A DNA stretch of 64,000 nt. It comes from Fimicolochytrium jonesii (taxonomy: Eukaryota). The stretch spans positions 558,001 through 622,000 of the forward strand of contig NW_026515673.1 of NCBI RefSeq assembly GCF_025526975.1, given 5' to 3'. A model generated the notes under the pieces. That model was not told the origin of the DNA and ran no database searches. It saw only the letters and a list, made by a program, of their open reading frames with translations. Position 1 is the first letter of the stretch, and every line of letters begins with the position of its first letter. Positions 20,148-34,700 of the stretch are shown one piece after another. Both the position numbers and the translations under genes were made by a program.

Positions 20148-23100
20148 CTAAAAAAACAAACTCCGATCACTCCCCGCCTTCCTCACCCTCCCATCGCCCG
20201 CCTGCGCACCCCCCACCCCGCCGATACTCGTCGACGAATGCCGTCCAGGACTTCCACCGGCCCTCACATACCTCCCCGAGTTACTCGTCGGAGAGGCCGC
20301 GACGCCCCCCGAGGAGGTGTTGGGACGGGTGAGGGAGTTGCTGTGGGAGTGATAGCGATCGGGGAGGGTGGGAGTATTTGGGGAGTTGGGGAGGGGTGAG
20401 GTCGCCGGGAGGGTTGTTGGGGTGTCGGAGGAGTCGGGGTGGGTTGGAGGTGTTGGGGAGTCTACGTCGGTGCGGGCGCGTGGGCGGCGTTTGGTGGAGA
20501 AGTGGCGGTCGAGGGAGTGGGCGGTGCGCGTGCCTGGAGGGGCGAGAGGGGAGGAGTAAGTAGGTGAAACCCGAACATAGATCATGGGGCATGAAGTCCC
20601 CACTTAGGCAGATGAACGCAGTATTGAATTACCTCCACTCCGCCGACTCCGTTCATGCCGCGACTGCACGGACCTAAAATGTTGCAACAGCTCGGCCCAC
20701 CTCATCGGTTGTGACGGCGGCGGCAATGGTGCTTCTGCCTGTATCGGCGTCGAGGGCTTGCTGCGTCTGCGTGGAATAGTGTAGGGAAAGAATTTGAGTC
20801 TTGCTGTTCACAATATCCGCATGGGGTTACAATTCTCACAACATACCTCAACCCCAGCGGCGAAAACCCATTCCTTCCCGCGCTCTCCCCAGGTGTCGGC
20901 ACCGCAGGCGGTGTAACACTCCCCGCCCCCGCCCCCATCCCTCCACCCATAGCCCCACTGCTCATAAACACCATACTGCTAACCGAATTCAACCGATTCC
21001 TCAACGTCGCAAACGCCGAGCTCTGCGGCAGCAGCATCAAGATCCCATAGAGACACTTGAACAGGTACGGATACCGATCCGGTTCCAGGAGCTGCAGTCT
21101 CAGGTACGTGAAAACTGGGGATTCGAGGAGTTGGACAAGTTTGTCGATTTGTATGAGCAGGTTAACGGTGATTTCGAGGTCGGCGAACAGTGTGAGGAGG
21201 TGTGAGGCGTGCTCGTAGGCTTGGGCGAGGAGGCAGAGGGAGAAGACGGCGACGGCGTTGTGGCACCAGGAGCGGTAGAGGACTGTGAAGAGGAGGATTC
21301 CGTCCTGGATACGAGATGACGTTGTTGAGCGTTCGAACGGTCCAGTGATTTTGTTTTTGGGGTATACTTACCCGGCTCTCGAGATTCCGAAGCCTCCGCC
21401 GTAAATCGATCAGTTCCGGGGCCGTGATGAGGATAAAGTTGAGATTCTGCACCATAGTGCTCGCGAACTCCAAATCCTGCCACACAAACTCCCCACATCA
21501 GCAACAACGCACACTTGACAACTACTCACATTAGGCACGCCCCCCCCCAATACCAACCTCCTCCCGCTCCAAAATCTCCGCAAAAGTCCTATACATCCTC
21601 TCCGGATGCAAGCTCAAACACAACTGTCGGACAATCAAGCTTCCCCTTGTCTCCAACAGCCGCCTGTCCGTGGAAAACAGCGACAGCAGACTGACCATAA
21701 AACGCGTAAAATACTCATCATCCGAATGCTGCGAGACCTGCGCGAGCAACTGGAGGTCGCGTTTCACGACCTCCTCCGAGGAGTCGGAGAGAGTGCGGAG
21801 GAGGGCTTGGAATGTCGCGTCGTCGGAGGAGAGGACCTGTTTCGGGGACTTTTTGTGCAGCATGAGCAGCCAGTCGAGGGCGGCTACGCGGGTTTCTTCT
21901 CTCTCGTCTTGGAATTGGAGGGTGAGTGTTTCGACGGTGGATTGCACATCGATGAAGTCGAAATGGGTGGAGAAGACACCACCGGGGGTGGGATGGAAAC
22001 TTGCTTGGCGCGAACGCGTGTCCTCTGCAGGGGCGGTGATGGTGATGGCGTTTTGGTCAGTGGAGATGAAGCTGTCGTCCAGCGGCGCGATGGGGAGGTC
22101 TAGGATGAGTCTGTAAAGTGTCGCGTTGGCTTCGTTGGCGACGCTTTTGATGGCGGCGACCGAGTGGGCTAGACTAGGGAGAATTGCGTTGAGCAGCATG
22201 GGACAGAAGGGAACCATAACTTCGCGGGCTAGTAGAATGAATTCGTTGATCCATCGGAGAGATGTTGCCTGTGTTTCTTCATCTGCAAATGTACATTCGC
22301 AGGGTTAGATTCGAGCATCCCACTTTCTGCGACATGGCAAGCAACCCACCTGTGCTCATCAGATGCGGGATCAGAATGCCAGTCATCCGCCCAATATCCA
22401 GTGTCACTCCCAATCCAGGAACATAAGGCAAGCTTTCATTCTTCGTTGGGTCGTTCAATTCCTTGAAAGAGGACGCAATGGCAGATCGCGTTCTTGCTCC
22501 CATCATCGACCCATCCTCCGCATGTAAACTGTCAACCGATCCCGTCGGATTCGGGGATAAGAGAGACGGATGGCTCTGCGTCACATTTCGCTCATTTGCG
22601 CTCTCTACGTCCCCGCCATGTAATGAGAAACTCGACTCGGAAACGTCGTAGGTGCTTGCTGCTGCGCTCGTTGTGCCAATGTCTTTTCCCTTTATCCGCA
22701 AGACCCCTCGTTCGCGCTGTGTCAATAAGACATCGCGGATCTCTTTCAAAAACTCGCTGAGCACGTTGAGGGTCGCCACTCGGACATCGATATTCGGGTC
22801 ACTCAGGTAATTAAACAGCCCATCGAGAAAGTCCGGGAGGAACGCAATCAGCTCCAGGTCAGGCACCGAGTCCAGAACCGATATCCACTGCACGAGGAAC
22901 ATTCGAGTGAAAGGCGCTAATGTGTGGATGCGCTCGGAAAGAAGCGGTATGAAACGGGCCAGGTTAAACTGGGTGGGTTTCATGCCTGGCAAGTATGGCA
23001 CGGTTCCAGGGACAGGCGGGATCGCGGATGCAATGGGTGATGTTCCCGCGGATTCGGTGATTAGCTGCTCTGCGGCCGTTTTGGCCGTGTCTGGGCCAGC

Positions 23101-23774
23101 ATTTTTTTGGTCTGGTGCCCAGAAGACAGCTCGTTCTGACACGATGTCTTTCATCAGACGATCCAAAAGCTCTGCTGCGTTTTTCGCGGATGGGTCAGCA
23201 TCGGAGGAGAGCTGAATCAAAGTTTATCCCGTAAATACGTGCAATGAAAGAGTGGTTATATACATATGAGGCCGTCATATGTACCTTGCTGAGCGCGTCA
23301 AACACCTCATTGAAGTACTTCAGAATGTCACCTCGCGCGACTTTTGCGACGTTGTACATGCTTTCACAAGCATAGTAACGAATTCTCGAATCCTGATCTG
23401 TGAAACAGGACAGGATTGGCGGGACGATTGCGTCCAGATGCCGCCCAAGTTCGTTCGTTCCCAGAGCTATGGCGGCGGCTGCCAGCGCAATAAGTCCACC
23501 GTTTCGCGCATTCGGCAGGGAAGAGTACGCAAAGTCGTCAATCAAGGCGTTAAGTATCCCAGCCACTCGAGCTTGGTCTGCCGCACTCAGGGCATCCCGT
23601 ATGAGTCTAATTCGTTGGGGATGGAGTTAGTTTTGTGGCTCAAGGTGATCTGCAGAATAGAAGTCCATACCGCTCCACCTCCAAGGCAGCAGCCTTCCTC
23701 TTCTCATACAGCTTGTCGCTCAGGCCGCGGACCAGCTGGGGCGTAAAAGGCGACGGCTCGCTAGTGGGCGCCAT
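20148..23774 (-). CDS. VAC14: Vacuole morphology protein Vac14 (HEAT-repeat scaffold of the PI(3,5)P2 complex), multi-exon
   Basis: Motifs [71 protein letters not shown] and [15 protein letters not shown]. Confidence 0.95.
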
Positions 23775-23989
23775 TCTGGAAACGCTCCTTCCCTGTTCCT
23801 TATGCAGCACTGGTAGTCCTGTATCAGCACTGGTGGGAAAGTCCCCAAGGAGTGTCGAGACTCGAGGGGGAACTTTGGATGTCATCGCGTTCACGACTGC
23901 GCCACCCGCTCCCGGCTCGCCCCTTCCTCTGGCCTTTCCCTTCCTCGTTCGGTGTGAACAGCCATAAGCGCAGAACCCACTTACGCAAC

Positions 23990-25722
23990 ATGGTACGTGC
24001 TGGCTTCCGTAGGAGAGGCGAAGGGAGACGGGGCCCACTCTCTTCCGCTCTAGTATCTGGGAGCTATGGTAACCTTTTCTCTACTGCCAGGACGCTCCAC
24101 AACCCATCACCTACAACTCGCAGGTGTTCTCCATGGCCTTCCACCCAAAGGAGGACATTGTGGCTGCAGGTCTGATAGAAGGAAACGTCGCGTGGTGAGT
24201 CTAGTCACTCCCCAGGAGGGAAAAAGGTACCTCACGTAACACCCCACTCACACTGGCGCTGTGTGCAAGTCACAGATATACTCCAGGTCAGGAAGCAACA
24301 CAGGCTTGGTCCGCAAAGATACATAAGGAGTCCTGTCGCGCCTTGGACTTCAGTGTCGACGGAAATGGTATGGCCCGGTGTTCGCTGATAGGAGCTGATT
24401 CGCGGAAGGAGGTCGGAGTGGTAGCAAGTGCGGACTGCGGCGAGCAAAGGGAGGTGCAGGGATGCTGGAGGGCGACCAGCGATTTGAGGGATGCTGGAGG
24501 GCAGATCGAATGCATCGCTCGGTACCTCAAATCTGTACTCACATCGGTTGTTGTTCTGGTTAGTGCTGTATTCGGCATCAAAGGACCAAACTTTGCAGGT
24601 TATCGAGACCGAAACAGGCAAAGTCTTACTGAAGAAACCAAAGGCCCACAGGTAGGCGTTCCTCTGCCGCACGTTCCAAACAATGTTCGTTTCAGTACTC
24701 ACCCTCCCTCCCTCCAAAGTGAACCCATCAATGCGCTGCAAACGCTGTCAGAAAGCTTAATCGCAACCGGCGACGACGGCGGCTGCGTCAAAATCTGGGA
24801 CACGCGCCAACGGAAAGTCGCCATGAAATACCACGAGAACGTCGACTTTATTTCCGACATGACGCACGTCTACCACAAAAAAACTCTCCTCGTAACCAGC
24901 GGGGATGGCTGCCTCTCCGTCTTCGACATCCGCAAACAAAAACCCGTCGCCGTCTCCGCCAACCAGGACGACGAGCTGCTGTGCGTCCAAGTCGTGCGAA
25001 ACACCACCAAAGCGGTGGTCGGAACCCAGGATGGTACGCTGCTTCTGTTCTCGTGGGGCGATTGGGGAGACTGCACGGATCGGTTCCCCGGCCACCCGGC
25101 CAGTATCGACTCGATGGTCAAGATGGATGATAACACGGTGATGACGGCATCGGGCGATGGGATATTACGCGCGATCGGGATTTTGCCGAATCGCCTGATC
25201 GGCGCGATTGATGAGCATAACGAGATGCCGGTGGAGAGGATACGGATGACACGGGATGGGGTGTGGGTCGGGAGTTGCGCGCATGATGCGACGGTGCGGT
25301 TTTGGAATGCGCAGGATGCTATGAAGGAGGATGGAGATGATGGGGATGAGGATGAGGCTGAGGAGGAGGTTGCAGATGAAGCGGAGGGCGAAGCCGATGA
25401 TTCGGACGAAGAGAGCACACCCGCTGCACCGTCAAAGCCTTCGGCATCAGCTGGCGATGATGAAGCCGAAGCGTCAGGTGACGACGAAGTCAGCGATGAC
25501 GACTCCGCCACGCCCGTCCGACCACCACCATCATCAACACCGCAAGGACCCCCACCAGCAACCAAACGACCCAAACCTGCCCAATCTTCATCCGACGACA
25601 GCGACTCCGATAGCGACGACGAAAAAGAGAAGCGGAAGCGGCAGAAGAAAGCAAAGAAAGCGAAACGCGGCATTGGGGGTGGGAAGAAGGGTGTGAAGCC
25701 GGTCTTCTCTGGACTTGATTGA
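23990..25722 (+). CDS. WDR55: WD40-repeat protein WDR55/JIP5, multi-exon (first coding exon probably only the ATG)
   Basis: Motifs MAFHPKEDIVAAGLIEG, IATGDDGGCVKIWD, TSGDGCLSVFD, QDDELL and DRFPGHPASID; acidic tail ending FSGLD. Confidence 0.85.
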
Positions 25723-26194
25723 GTAGGACCGTGAGCAGATCTTTCTAGCATAGCGGAGGGTTCAGGTAGCTGCAATACGCTAGTCTAGCTTGAGCGTACT
25801 ATTTATTTATCAATCTATACGCAATACATACCACGACCATCTCTGCACCTCAAAGCCTTCGTGCCGAGTACGAGTACTCTGGGCCATAGTTTGTGGGGAC
25901 CCTCCCTACGTCCCGAAGCGTACGATATATCCCAAAGCATTGATTGACTTCCCGGAGCGTACCCAAAACGCAAGAAGGCGACTGGACCCATATACTCAAA
26001 ACTTCCAAACACATGTATTTGCTTCGTCACAGCAACTAAATAAAAAAAAGGGCAAAATCCCAACCCGATACATCTCCCCATTCAGACGACGATCCGTCCC
26101 CCACCAACATCGACCCAAAAAATACGCATTGATCTCAAAATGAACCCCCTTTCACAGCAAGCTTACTCTTTTCAAAGACTCTCAGACACTTAAT

Positions 26195-29100
26195 CTACCC
26201 GTCTCCATCCTCCTCCCCCTCATCACTCAACTCCTCCTCCTTCTTCTCCACCTTCAAACTCATCTCGTACAATTCATCATCATTCAACAGTTGCAAATTG
26301 CTCAACCCGCTCAAGAAATCGCGGATCCCGGGTACGACGATGAGGTTGTAAGGCTGCTGCTGGAATTTCTGAATGGAGCCGGTGAGGATCTGGTAGACTT
26401 TGCGGCGTTTGTCGAAGTTTATGAGGGAGGTGTCGGGGAGGAAGTCGGGGTTGCCGAGTTCCATGAATGTTAGGTCTGTAAGGGACACACCTGCAACATG
26501 AAAAGATGTGAATATCGAGTGAAATATGTGCGGGTGACATATGGTAAGAAGATACCGACCCAAAAACGGCACAGCGGGCGGCACAAGCTCCTTCAAGACC
26601 TTCCTGTAATTCGCATACTGCCCCTTGGGACTGACCGTCGAGCTGGCCTCTAGGTAGGCTTCGTGCAGCTTCGGATACTTTTCGCGGAAGGCTTCCCAGG
26701 TCTTGTGCAGGCGGTTGACGGCGGCGTTGGACATGGCGGCGTTGAGGGCGGTGATGCCGTTGAAGTTGTTCAGTTCTTGGCAGTGCTGTAATGGGGTTAT
26801 GTGATCTGCGTATGTGGATTTTGGGGGATGGCAGGGGTAGGGAGCGATGTGAGGGGACGTACCACTGCCATCTGGGCAAAGTATCGCAGCGCCTCCCGCC
26901 GTGCTTTGAGGTCTTCATTGCGGATGATGCAGTTTGCGATCCACATGGTCACCTACATCAATCCACGAAAGGTAGTCAGTCAATCACACCTAATGTCCCC
27001 TCCCATCCCGAAATCGAACACCTGACGTACAATATTAGTATGCTTAATCATGTCCCCCAACCCCGTCGGCCCGACCGGGACATCCTTAGTCCCCATCTCC
27101 TTCCGCCGCTTATCCCCCCAAATCTGATCGAGGCATTCATGGGGCTTGATCTTAGCAAAGTGCTCGAGATCCTGAATGGCGAGTTGACGGGCGAGCTCGA
27201 TCGGGTCCAGGTCTTGGTAGAGGAGATTGGCGGTGAGGAGCGTATTGATGTCGGTTTCGGGGGGGAGTTTGGGAAGTTTGGGGGTTGGGCCCGTGGGTGT
27301 GGGCGTGCTGAGGAGGGCAGGTGGGTTTGTTACCTCGTTGAGCTGGTTTGTGTGGGAGATTGAACGGTTGGATTCTGCGTTGTGGCGAGATCTCAAGATA
27401 CAACAATCTCGGATATCGAGCTCACCTTCCGCTCCACCAACCCCATCAACTCCTTCTTCCACACCTCCGAATCCTTTGCCACAGTCCCCTCACAAAAATC
27501 CCGCAACTTGAACACCCCCACATGCGATCCATATGTGAAATCCTCCTCGAACAGTATCGACACCCATGTCTGCAGCACGGCGCACACGGACCGCTTGACG
27601 GGGAACACTTTGCGTTGTAGGAACACGTCGTATTGGGCGCGGGTGAGCGCCGGCGGGGCGGTGAAGCTGTACCGGCGGAAGAGGAGGTCCAGGAGCTCAG
27701 AGGTGGTTGTGAAAGAGTGGTGAGTGAGGAGGAAGTTGACGACGAATTCAGGGTCTGTGATGTGGGGGTAAGGGAGATTATTAGTGGTTGATGACGGCAC
27801 CTTAGAACGGCGACAATGGACTCATGTCTTACCAGTATTTTGCGCGGAGGTCATCCACTCCACAAGTTTCGTCAACCGGCCTCCTTTCACCGCCACCTTA
27901 TCGCCAGTCGGCTCAAAAACCAACCCTTCCCAATCATCCTTCAACATCCCAAGCTCCTCCGCTCCGGGCTCCGCAGACGTCGCAACGCTCGCGGCAGCAG
28001 CGCCACCCGCAACAGGCGCGGGCCCCTCATCGTCATACGTCCGCTGCGGCCGCAACACTTGCGCCTCCCACAACTGAAACAGCTGCTTAACATGCTCATT
28101 CTGCGCAACATCGCGTGCCCATCGATCCCGCTTCGTGACTTTGTCGAACGACTGCCGCCGGATCTTCCGGGCGGCTTCTTTGCCAATCACGACCAGTTTC
28201 TTGACGGCGACGAGGCATGGGATGGTCGAGCGGACCATTTCGTCCGCGGCGTTTGGCGGCGGCATCACTCCGCTGGCGAGCTTCCCTTTCATGGTCACAT
28301 TCCGCGCGGCGTTGCGAACTTCCTGCAACACGCTGAACCAGATGTCCGCAACAGACACCGGGAACGAAAACCCGTTCGTCGCGATGCCTTTGGCTGCCAG
28401 CACGGCCGCGTCGTCGTTGTCGAACATCAAGTCGTCCGTCAAGTTTGCGAACAACTCGTAACCCCGAATCTCGTCGATGAGGACCTCGGCCCTGTGTGCG
28501 GCGGTGGACGTGAGACTCACGTACTGGTGCTTGAGATGATTCTGGTACGCCTGCTTGATCTCCTTCATGACCTCCACGAAGGAGAGGAGGAGCTGGTCCA
28601 TCTGGCCAAAGAACTGCTCGTCGAGGAGCTGCTCCCGCCGCCGCTGCTCTTCTACCTGCTCGGTGTCGCTGAGCTCGTTGCGGTGCTCGGAGGGACCGGC
28701 GTCTGGGACGCTGGCGGATTGTTTGGAGATCTCTTCGAGGACTTTCAGGTCGTTTTGCCGCTTGTACTCCTCGTAGGAAAGACTAGCCATAACGGCCGTA
28801 CCCTCGGCTGGTGCGTCCTTTGGTGCTGCCGTTGTCCCGGAGCCGGAGTCTTCTTCCGCGGCCAGGGTTGAGAACTGCACAATATCCACGTTACCCTCAA
28901 CTCCAAAAAGTTATTGTCCCCTCATCGCGAATGATCCCACAAAACCCACCTGCAACTCCAAAACCTTGTCCAGAACAGGAAACAACCCCGTCATATTGGC
29001 AATATCCGTAAGTTCCCGACACGTCCTCCCGAGCTCATTCGCCGCCTTGATCATATCGCTCATCGCATGCTGCGGCGGCCACACCCCAATCGCGATCCGG

Positions 29101-31667
29101 GTCGTGAGCATCAGCTGCTTCGGCAGGTCATTATTCACCATCTTCGTCAGATCCTTGATCCTTGCTCGCACGGCGGTGCTGGCGAACATGCTCGAGCTGC
29201 TGTCGGGCGTCGCGGCCAGCACGGGAAATCCGGACGTACCGATGGGCGAGAAGGGGCGTATGGACGAGTTGGTGGCCGTCGACGGTGCGCCGAGCGATTT
29301 CTCCAACGACTCGATGGCGCGAACAATCTCCCCGGCGTGGTGGATGGCGTTTGCGGAGATGACGATGAACTGCGTTTTGCGGTTCTGGTTGGCGGCGATG
29401 AGGAGCTGGATGACGTGTTGGAAGACTTGGACCCAGAGGGCATCGAGTTCGGTGCCGCGGTCGGGGACTCGTTCGGTGAGTTGGGCGATGATCTCGGGAT
29501 TTTGGCCGATGAGTTTCTGTAATGGCGCGTGCGAAGGCGGCATTAGCCCGAGGACACACACATCACACATCAGGCAGAAACGAGGAGGGGGGATGCAGTG
29601 TGCGGAGAAAGACCAACAAATACGAAAAAAAAACGTACATCTAGATTCATACCATGTCGAAACCGATTCCTGTTCCCGTTCCTTGCCTGCCGAGCCCTCG
29701 GCGTGCCCGACCCGGCGCTCAACAGATCCCCATTGCTCCCACTAGCACTGCTCTCATTCTCGCTGACGGCCTGCAGACTATTATTGCTTTTGTTGATACT
29801 GGCCATGCTGAACGCAGGAGGTGATGACGAGTCGGTCATGATGGCCTCCAGGGCCGTGAGAGACGCGTACTCCTCGGACGAGAAGTATGACATTTTGTCT
29901 TTCAAACTCATCCGTCGGGTCCGCGGCAGGGTCGCCGTCGATGTGTTGATGGTGAGCGGCGCCGTAGATTCGGCCGAGATGCCTCCGGAGCCGCCTGCGG
30001 CCATGATTCGGGCGAACGCACCGGGACTCCCACTCCAGGCGTTGGTATCCAGCGCTGCTCTCTTCAGGTAGATGAAGCCTTTCCGTAGCCAGTTCTCTGC
30101 TTCCGCAGGTACGTGTGCACCACGCTTCATGAGCAGCCGCACCGCTTCCTCCCGCCTCATCCATGCGGCGCACATTAGCGCTGTTCGGGAACCGTTTGGC
30201 CCAAAGGTGTGGTTAATGTTTGCCCCGGCGTCGATGAGATGCTCCATTACCGCCGTGTGTCCTACCGTGCCGGCTGCGGCGAGCGGCGTAACGGGGTAGG
30301 CGTAGCCCCAATCATCATGCATGGGTTGAGTTTTCCCATCCAATGATATTCCAGGGTGATTAGCTAGTGTTTTGACCACGTCGAGGTTTCCGCCCAATGC
30401 TGCCCAGACCAGGGCGGTGTTCCCCATGTAATCGATCAAATCCACATTAGCTCCTCGCAGCAGTAATGCTTTCACGACGGGGAGGTGTCCCCTCAGACTA
30501 GCCTTCATCAGAGCAGTGGATCCAACCTCATCATGCGCGTTCAGAATGTCCAGCGGTAACGTCTCGATCGCTTCCAGACCCAGCCCAAGGTACGCTGCAT
30601 TGTATATAGGCAGCGAACTCGTCGGGAATGCCTGAAAACCATACAGCAAATCCGCAGGCCGCTCCAGCTCGCTCCAATTCGCTTCCGTGACACCGCCTGG
30701 GGACGGCAACGGACTCGTCGGCGTCTGCGGAACGTCCCCGGGCACATGTACGTCCGCTAGAGTCGTCTCAGGCGTCATCCCACCATCCAGCAACAGATCC
30801 TTGGACGAGCCAGTCAACAACATGCTCTTTGGCTGACTGTACATATCGCCCCCATTCGCGGCCAACCCCTTCTTCGTGCTTTTTCGTCTCGGTACAGGCG
30901 CACCCAACGACATGGCGATCTTCTCCTCCTCTGGCGGGACTTTACCGCCATGTTTCTTCAATACCTTGATGAGGCGTTTGAACTTCATCCGCCGGGCGAT
31001 GATTGTTGGTGTGATCCCGCCGCGGTTGACCGTGTTAGGGTCCGCGCCCTTGAGCAGTAACAGCGACGCGAAGGCGACGTCGTTCATGGAGACGGCGAGG
31101 TGGAGGACGGTGTTGCCGGCGTTATCCATCGGGATGTTGATGGACTGCAGGATCGGGCCTGCGCTCCGGTGGCAGTGGGATGCTATCAGGGCTTCGTCGC
31201 CGTCCTGCGCGAGACAGGGAGAGCATCTACTCTCAGTTTGCTGGTTGTCGGCTAAATGCCCCCTCGTCTCAATCGCTTTGCATTTGAGGCAATGTCCCCA
31301 CACTCACCTGACATAACTCCAGTAATGACTTGGTCCCCAGATCTCCCGGCGACGTCGACTCCTGTGCATGGATGGGCGCATTGACCACTGTCCGCGTATC
31401 AATCGCTAGCCCTTCGCGTTTCCTCCCAAACAGCGTGCCGGTGCTTGCATCGTTCCATGTTGAGGGAGCCAGCGACTCTGTTTTGGGGAGCTGTGGTGCC
31501 CATCTATACGGGCGTTAGCACCTTTTATACAGAGAGCCAGAAACGTACACCCCCAATGGGTGGATTGTCAGAAAAGCTAGCAAATGGTTTGGAGTCTCAA
31601 CTCACCCTTCCTTTCCCCTCTCTTTGTTAGGCAGAAACGTCCAGCGTTTATTCTGCCCTCCAAACAT
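26195..31667 (-). CDS. Ankyrin-repeat + REM + CDC25-type RasGEF protein, multi-exon; start codon uncertain
   Basis: Ankyrin motifs GNTVLHLAV, GSTALMKAS, GNTALVWAA and TALMCAA. REM motifs VKGGRLTKLVEW and FVVNFLLTHHSFTT. GEF motifs DPIELARQL, NYRK, PPAVPFLG, DLTFMELGNPD and INFDKRRK. Confidence 0.9.
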
Positions 31668-32110
31668 GCTATAGTCGAAAATGGATGAATATGGCTATGC
31701 ACTGGCAAAAAAAAAGTGGTGTGTGTTATAATTTCTTGAAAGAAAGACGCCATTCTCTGCGAGTGGATGAATGTCGGAAACTGAACATTATCGACGGAGC
31801 TATGAAGGCTCCAATTCGACAGCGCGTTTTGACATCGTTTGAGGGAATGTAAACTCGATAGTTCACCCTGAACGGGCTACCTCTTTTGTACTCCGCTAGC
31901 TATCTAGCTAAAAGCTACCTATGTCAAGAGCGGGTCTATGTATGCTGGACAAAGGATAAATACATGCAATAAATACATGCAAAAATGGAATGAAGCTACG
32001 ATGAAGGGGGTGCGGCAGTGTGTGGGCGATGAATACAGTGTGAGTGATGGATGTGGATGATGGGGAATATGATTATTGCGGTTGATGTGTCTGCGTTGTT
32101 GATCGGCCGA

Positions 32111-34169
32111 TCACTTTGTGATAGACAAGAGAGTCGCCATGAAGCCCATGACCTCCGATAACCGCGTTTGTATTTGGATCTCGTCGTTGACTTTTGTTCT
32201 CAGCCGACGGAGAAGGTCGTCGATGAGTGGGGAATGGCCTGCGACTGATGCGTACATGTCTGTTCACCGGAAGAGATGGGTAAGCTCGCCGGTTCCTCAG
32301 CTTGCCCCCAAGAGACCCTGCACCCCACGTACCAATTATCAGCTCAGCGACGTCAATCAGAAACGCCGAAAACTTGGGATTGTTGATTTGCTTGATCAGG
32401 AACCGGAGGATGGGTTCTAGTCCTTTGTCGTCTCGACCGCTCAGAGCGGCGCGGAGGGCGTCTTCACGGTTGTATAGCTCTTCCATCAAACTGACTACTA
32501 TGACTGCTTGCGGTGTCTTGAGAAAAATCAAAGTCAGCATTAGGTCAAGTAAATAGTTTAGTCATGACAAGCGAAGGTTGTACACACCCCCGCCAGGACA
32601 GCATCCAACGCGTCTCCAAATCGGAAAGCCCGCATCATCTTATCGTATACTTTCAGCTTCTTACGTCTCCGCGATTCAATGCGGATGTCGTGCTAAGATT
32701 TTAAATTTAAGCTTGTGGGCTTGCAAGTAATACACTGAACCTGAACGAAAACCCGTTCGCAGGGTCAGGATCCTCACCACTTCTGGCACGTAATCTGCCC
32801 CTCTGTTCCAAAACTTCTTCGTCCCACGGCGTGCAACCTCCTTTGATGGGTTCACCAGATCCGCCGTCTTCACCATTCGCTGTCGTATCGAGAGCAAGCC
32901 GTTGTTCATACCAACCACCAGGTGTGTGTCGTCCGGCTGATAGATTGAATGGGCATTCAGTAACCTAAAGGATGATAGGTCCGGTGTCGGACAAAATGCA
33001 GTGCAACTTACCGACACGCCGATGCTCTGAACCGGAGCAGGGTATTTGATGCTATGCACGACTTTGTAGTCCCGAAGGCTGTAGATCTTCACGTGGTGAT
33101 CATGGGATCCTGTGAGTAACCGCGTGCCTGATCCGTCGAAGGTCATTGATGTGATCGTTTTTTGGTGGTTCGCTAATGTCTGAAGGTGTCGTCCACCGCC
33201 GAATATATCCCACAGCTTTACTTGGTTGCCACCTGACATACGCTCACGCGAAATATTGAGTACACTGGTTCGCTATTGGCACTTTCCCCAATTCGACTAG
33301 TACCTGCAGAGGCCAGCATCCCACTTCCTGGGAACATCAACAACGCCTCAACCGGCGCGTCATGTCGCATCGTCATCGTGCATTCCTGGGAGCGCACGTC
33401 CCATAATTTCACCGTGTGATCGTAGGAACTCGAAACGACGAGGTGTGGGTTTTCCTGACTGACAATAGCCGCTCGAACGTAGTCCTTGAAACAGCCTAGT
33501 TAGCCCATGGGTCCCAATTTTCGAAATAGCGTCTAAGGCATTTGTACCTCATGTCCCGTGAAAATGGCAAGCTCCTTTTCCGTTGGCACGTCCCACACTC
33601 GCACTGTTTTATCGTCTGACCCTGATAGAATCTGCATCTGATCTGGGGAAAATCGAGCTACGTGCACCGGACTTTAAGAGATGCGTATAATCAGCATCAG
33701 AGTCCCAACCGCTCCGTCCTTTTGGAACCCGGCCACTCACCCATCGTGGCCCCTCAACGTCCTTAGAATCGCACGACTTCCCAGATCAAACAGCTGCACC
33801 AGCCCCGAAGCATCACCAGCCACCAACAGTTTTCCATCTGAGCGAATGTTTCCGCTGTATGCTGTGTCCTTAAATCGCGATATCGTCTTCTTTACGGCGT
33901 GTGTGCTGGGGCTGTATACTTGAACGCGGGTGGAGCTGGTCACGGCAAAGTCGTGTGGCCTCGTCGCCGAGAAGTGAATCGAGGTGACTGCCGCATATTC
34001 TTTCAAAAGTATGGGAGACTGAGTGGAGGTAGCTGGTTAGTTTCCACCCTCCTTCTCGTTGCTGCTCCGCTCCTCGTACCTTGAATTTCTTCCAATATGT
34101 TGCCTCCGTCGTCCGCCTCCCCGCAGGCTTCGAGAACCTCTTTATCTGCACTTTCCGGTAGTCGGACAT
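32111..34169 (-). CDS. UTP15: U3 snoRNA-associated protein 15 (WD40), multi-exon
   Basis: Motifs EATYWK, PHDFAVTSSTRVQVY, ISRFKDTAYSGNIRSDGKLLVAGD, HQKTIT and ALSGRD. Confidence 0.93.
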
Positions 34170-34700
34170 GACTGCGCCTCAGCTAGATTGACTAGCGTCC
34201 CGAGGCAGTAATGGCTCGAAGTAAATTACAAAAAGAACGCTACTGCGAAATTGGTAATACGCCGGTTATAAGAGACACAAGCGAGCGAAACAAAGACATA
34301 CGTATTGAAGACTTGCAATAGCCTTTTATTCCGCCTCCGACTCGGAAGCAGTTTACGAAGATATGCTTTTGTACTCGCTTCAATTTCAAAGGTCTTTTTG
34401 ACCAGTCCAAATTGCCAATTGACCCTCGTCCAAATGCAAACCCAGGGAGCTACGAAAGCGTCAAAGGCTCTCACGTAAGCATTGCACGCCACCTCTGCGC
34501 CACTCCAAGCCACGGGTGCTGCGCTGAGTCACCATCTGTCCAACCTTCCGCCGCCCTCCCTTTTCGGACATGATTTGTCTGAACAGTCCAATTATGCGCA
34601 GGGTCTCCCCATCCCCGGTGTTGTCTACTATAGTAGGGTTGGGGTTTAGGTCTCTACATTCTGCGTTTTCCCACGGCTTGCCTCGCTTCTTTCCTACAGG

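Noticed and set aside
24069..24090. 22-nt micro-intron after the ATG at 24066
   Set aside because: An upstream ATG|GTACGT donor at 23990-23998 gives a normal ~98-nt intron to the same acceptor.
24870..25775. Long antisense ORFs opposite WDR55, the RasGEF, TOP2 and others
   Set aside because: Shadow ORFs expected from GC-rich codon usage on the coding strand.
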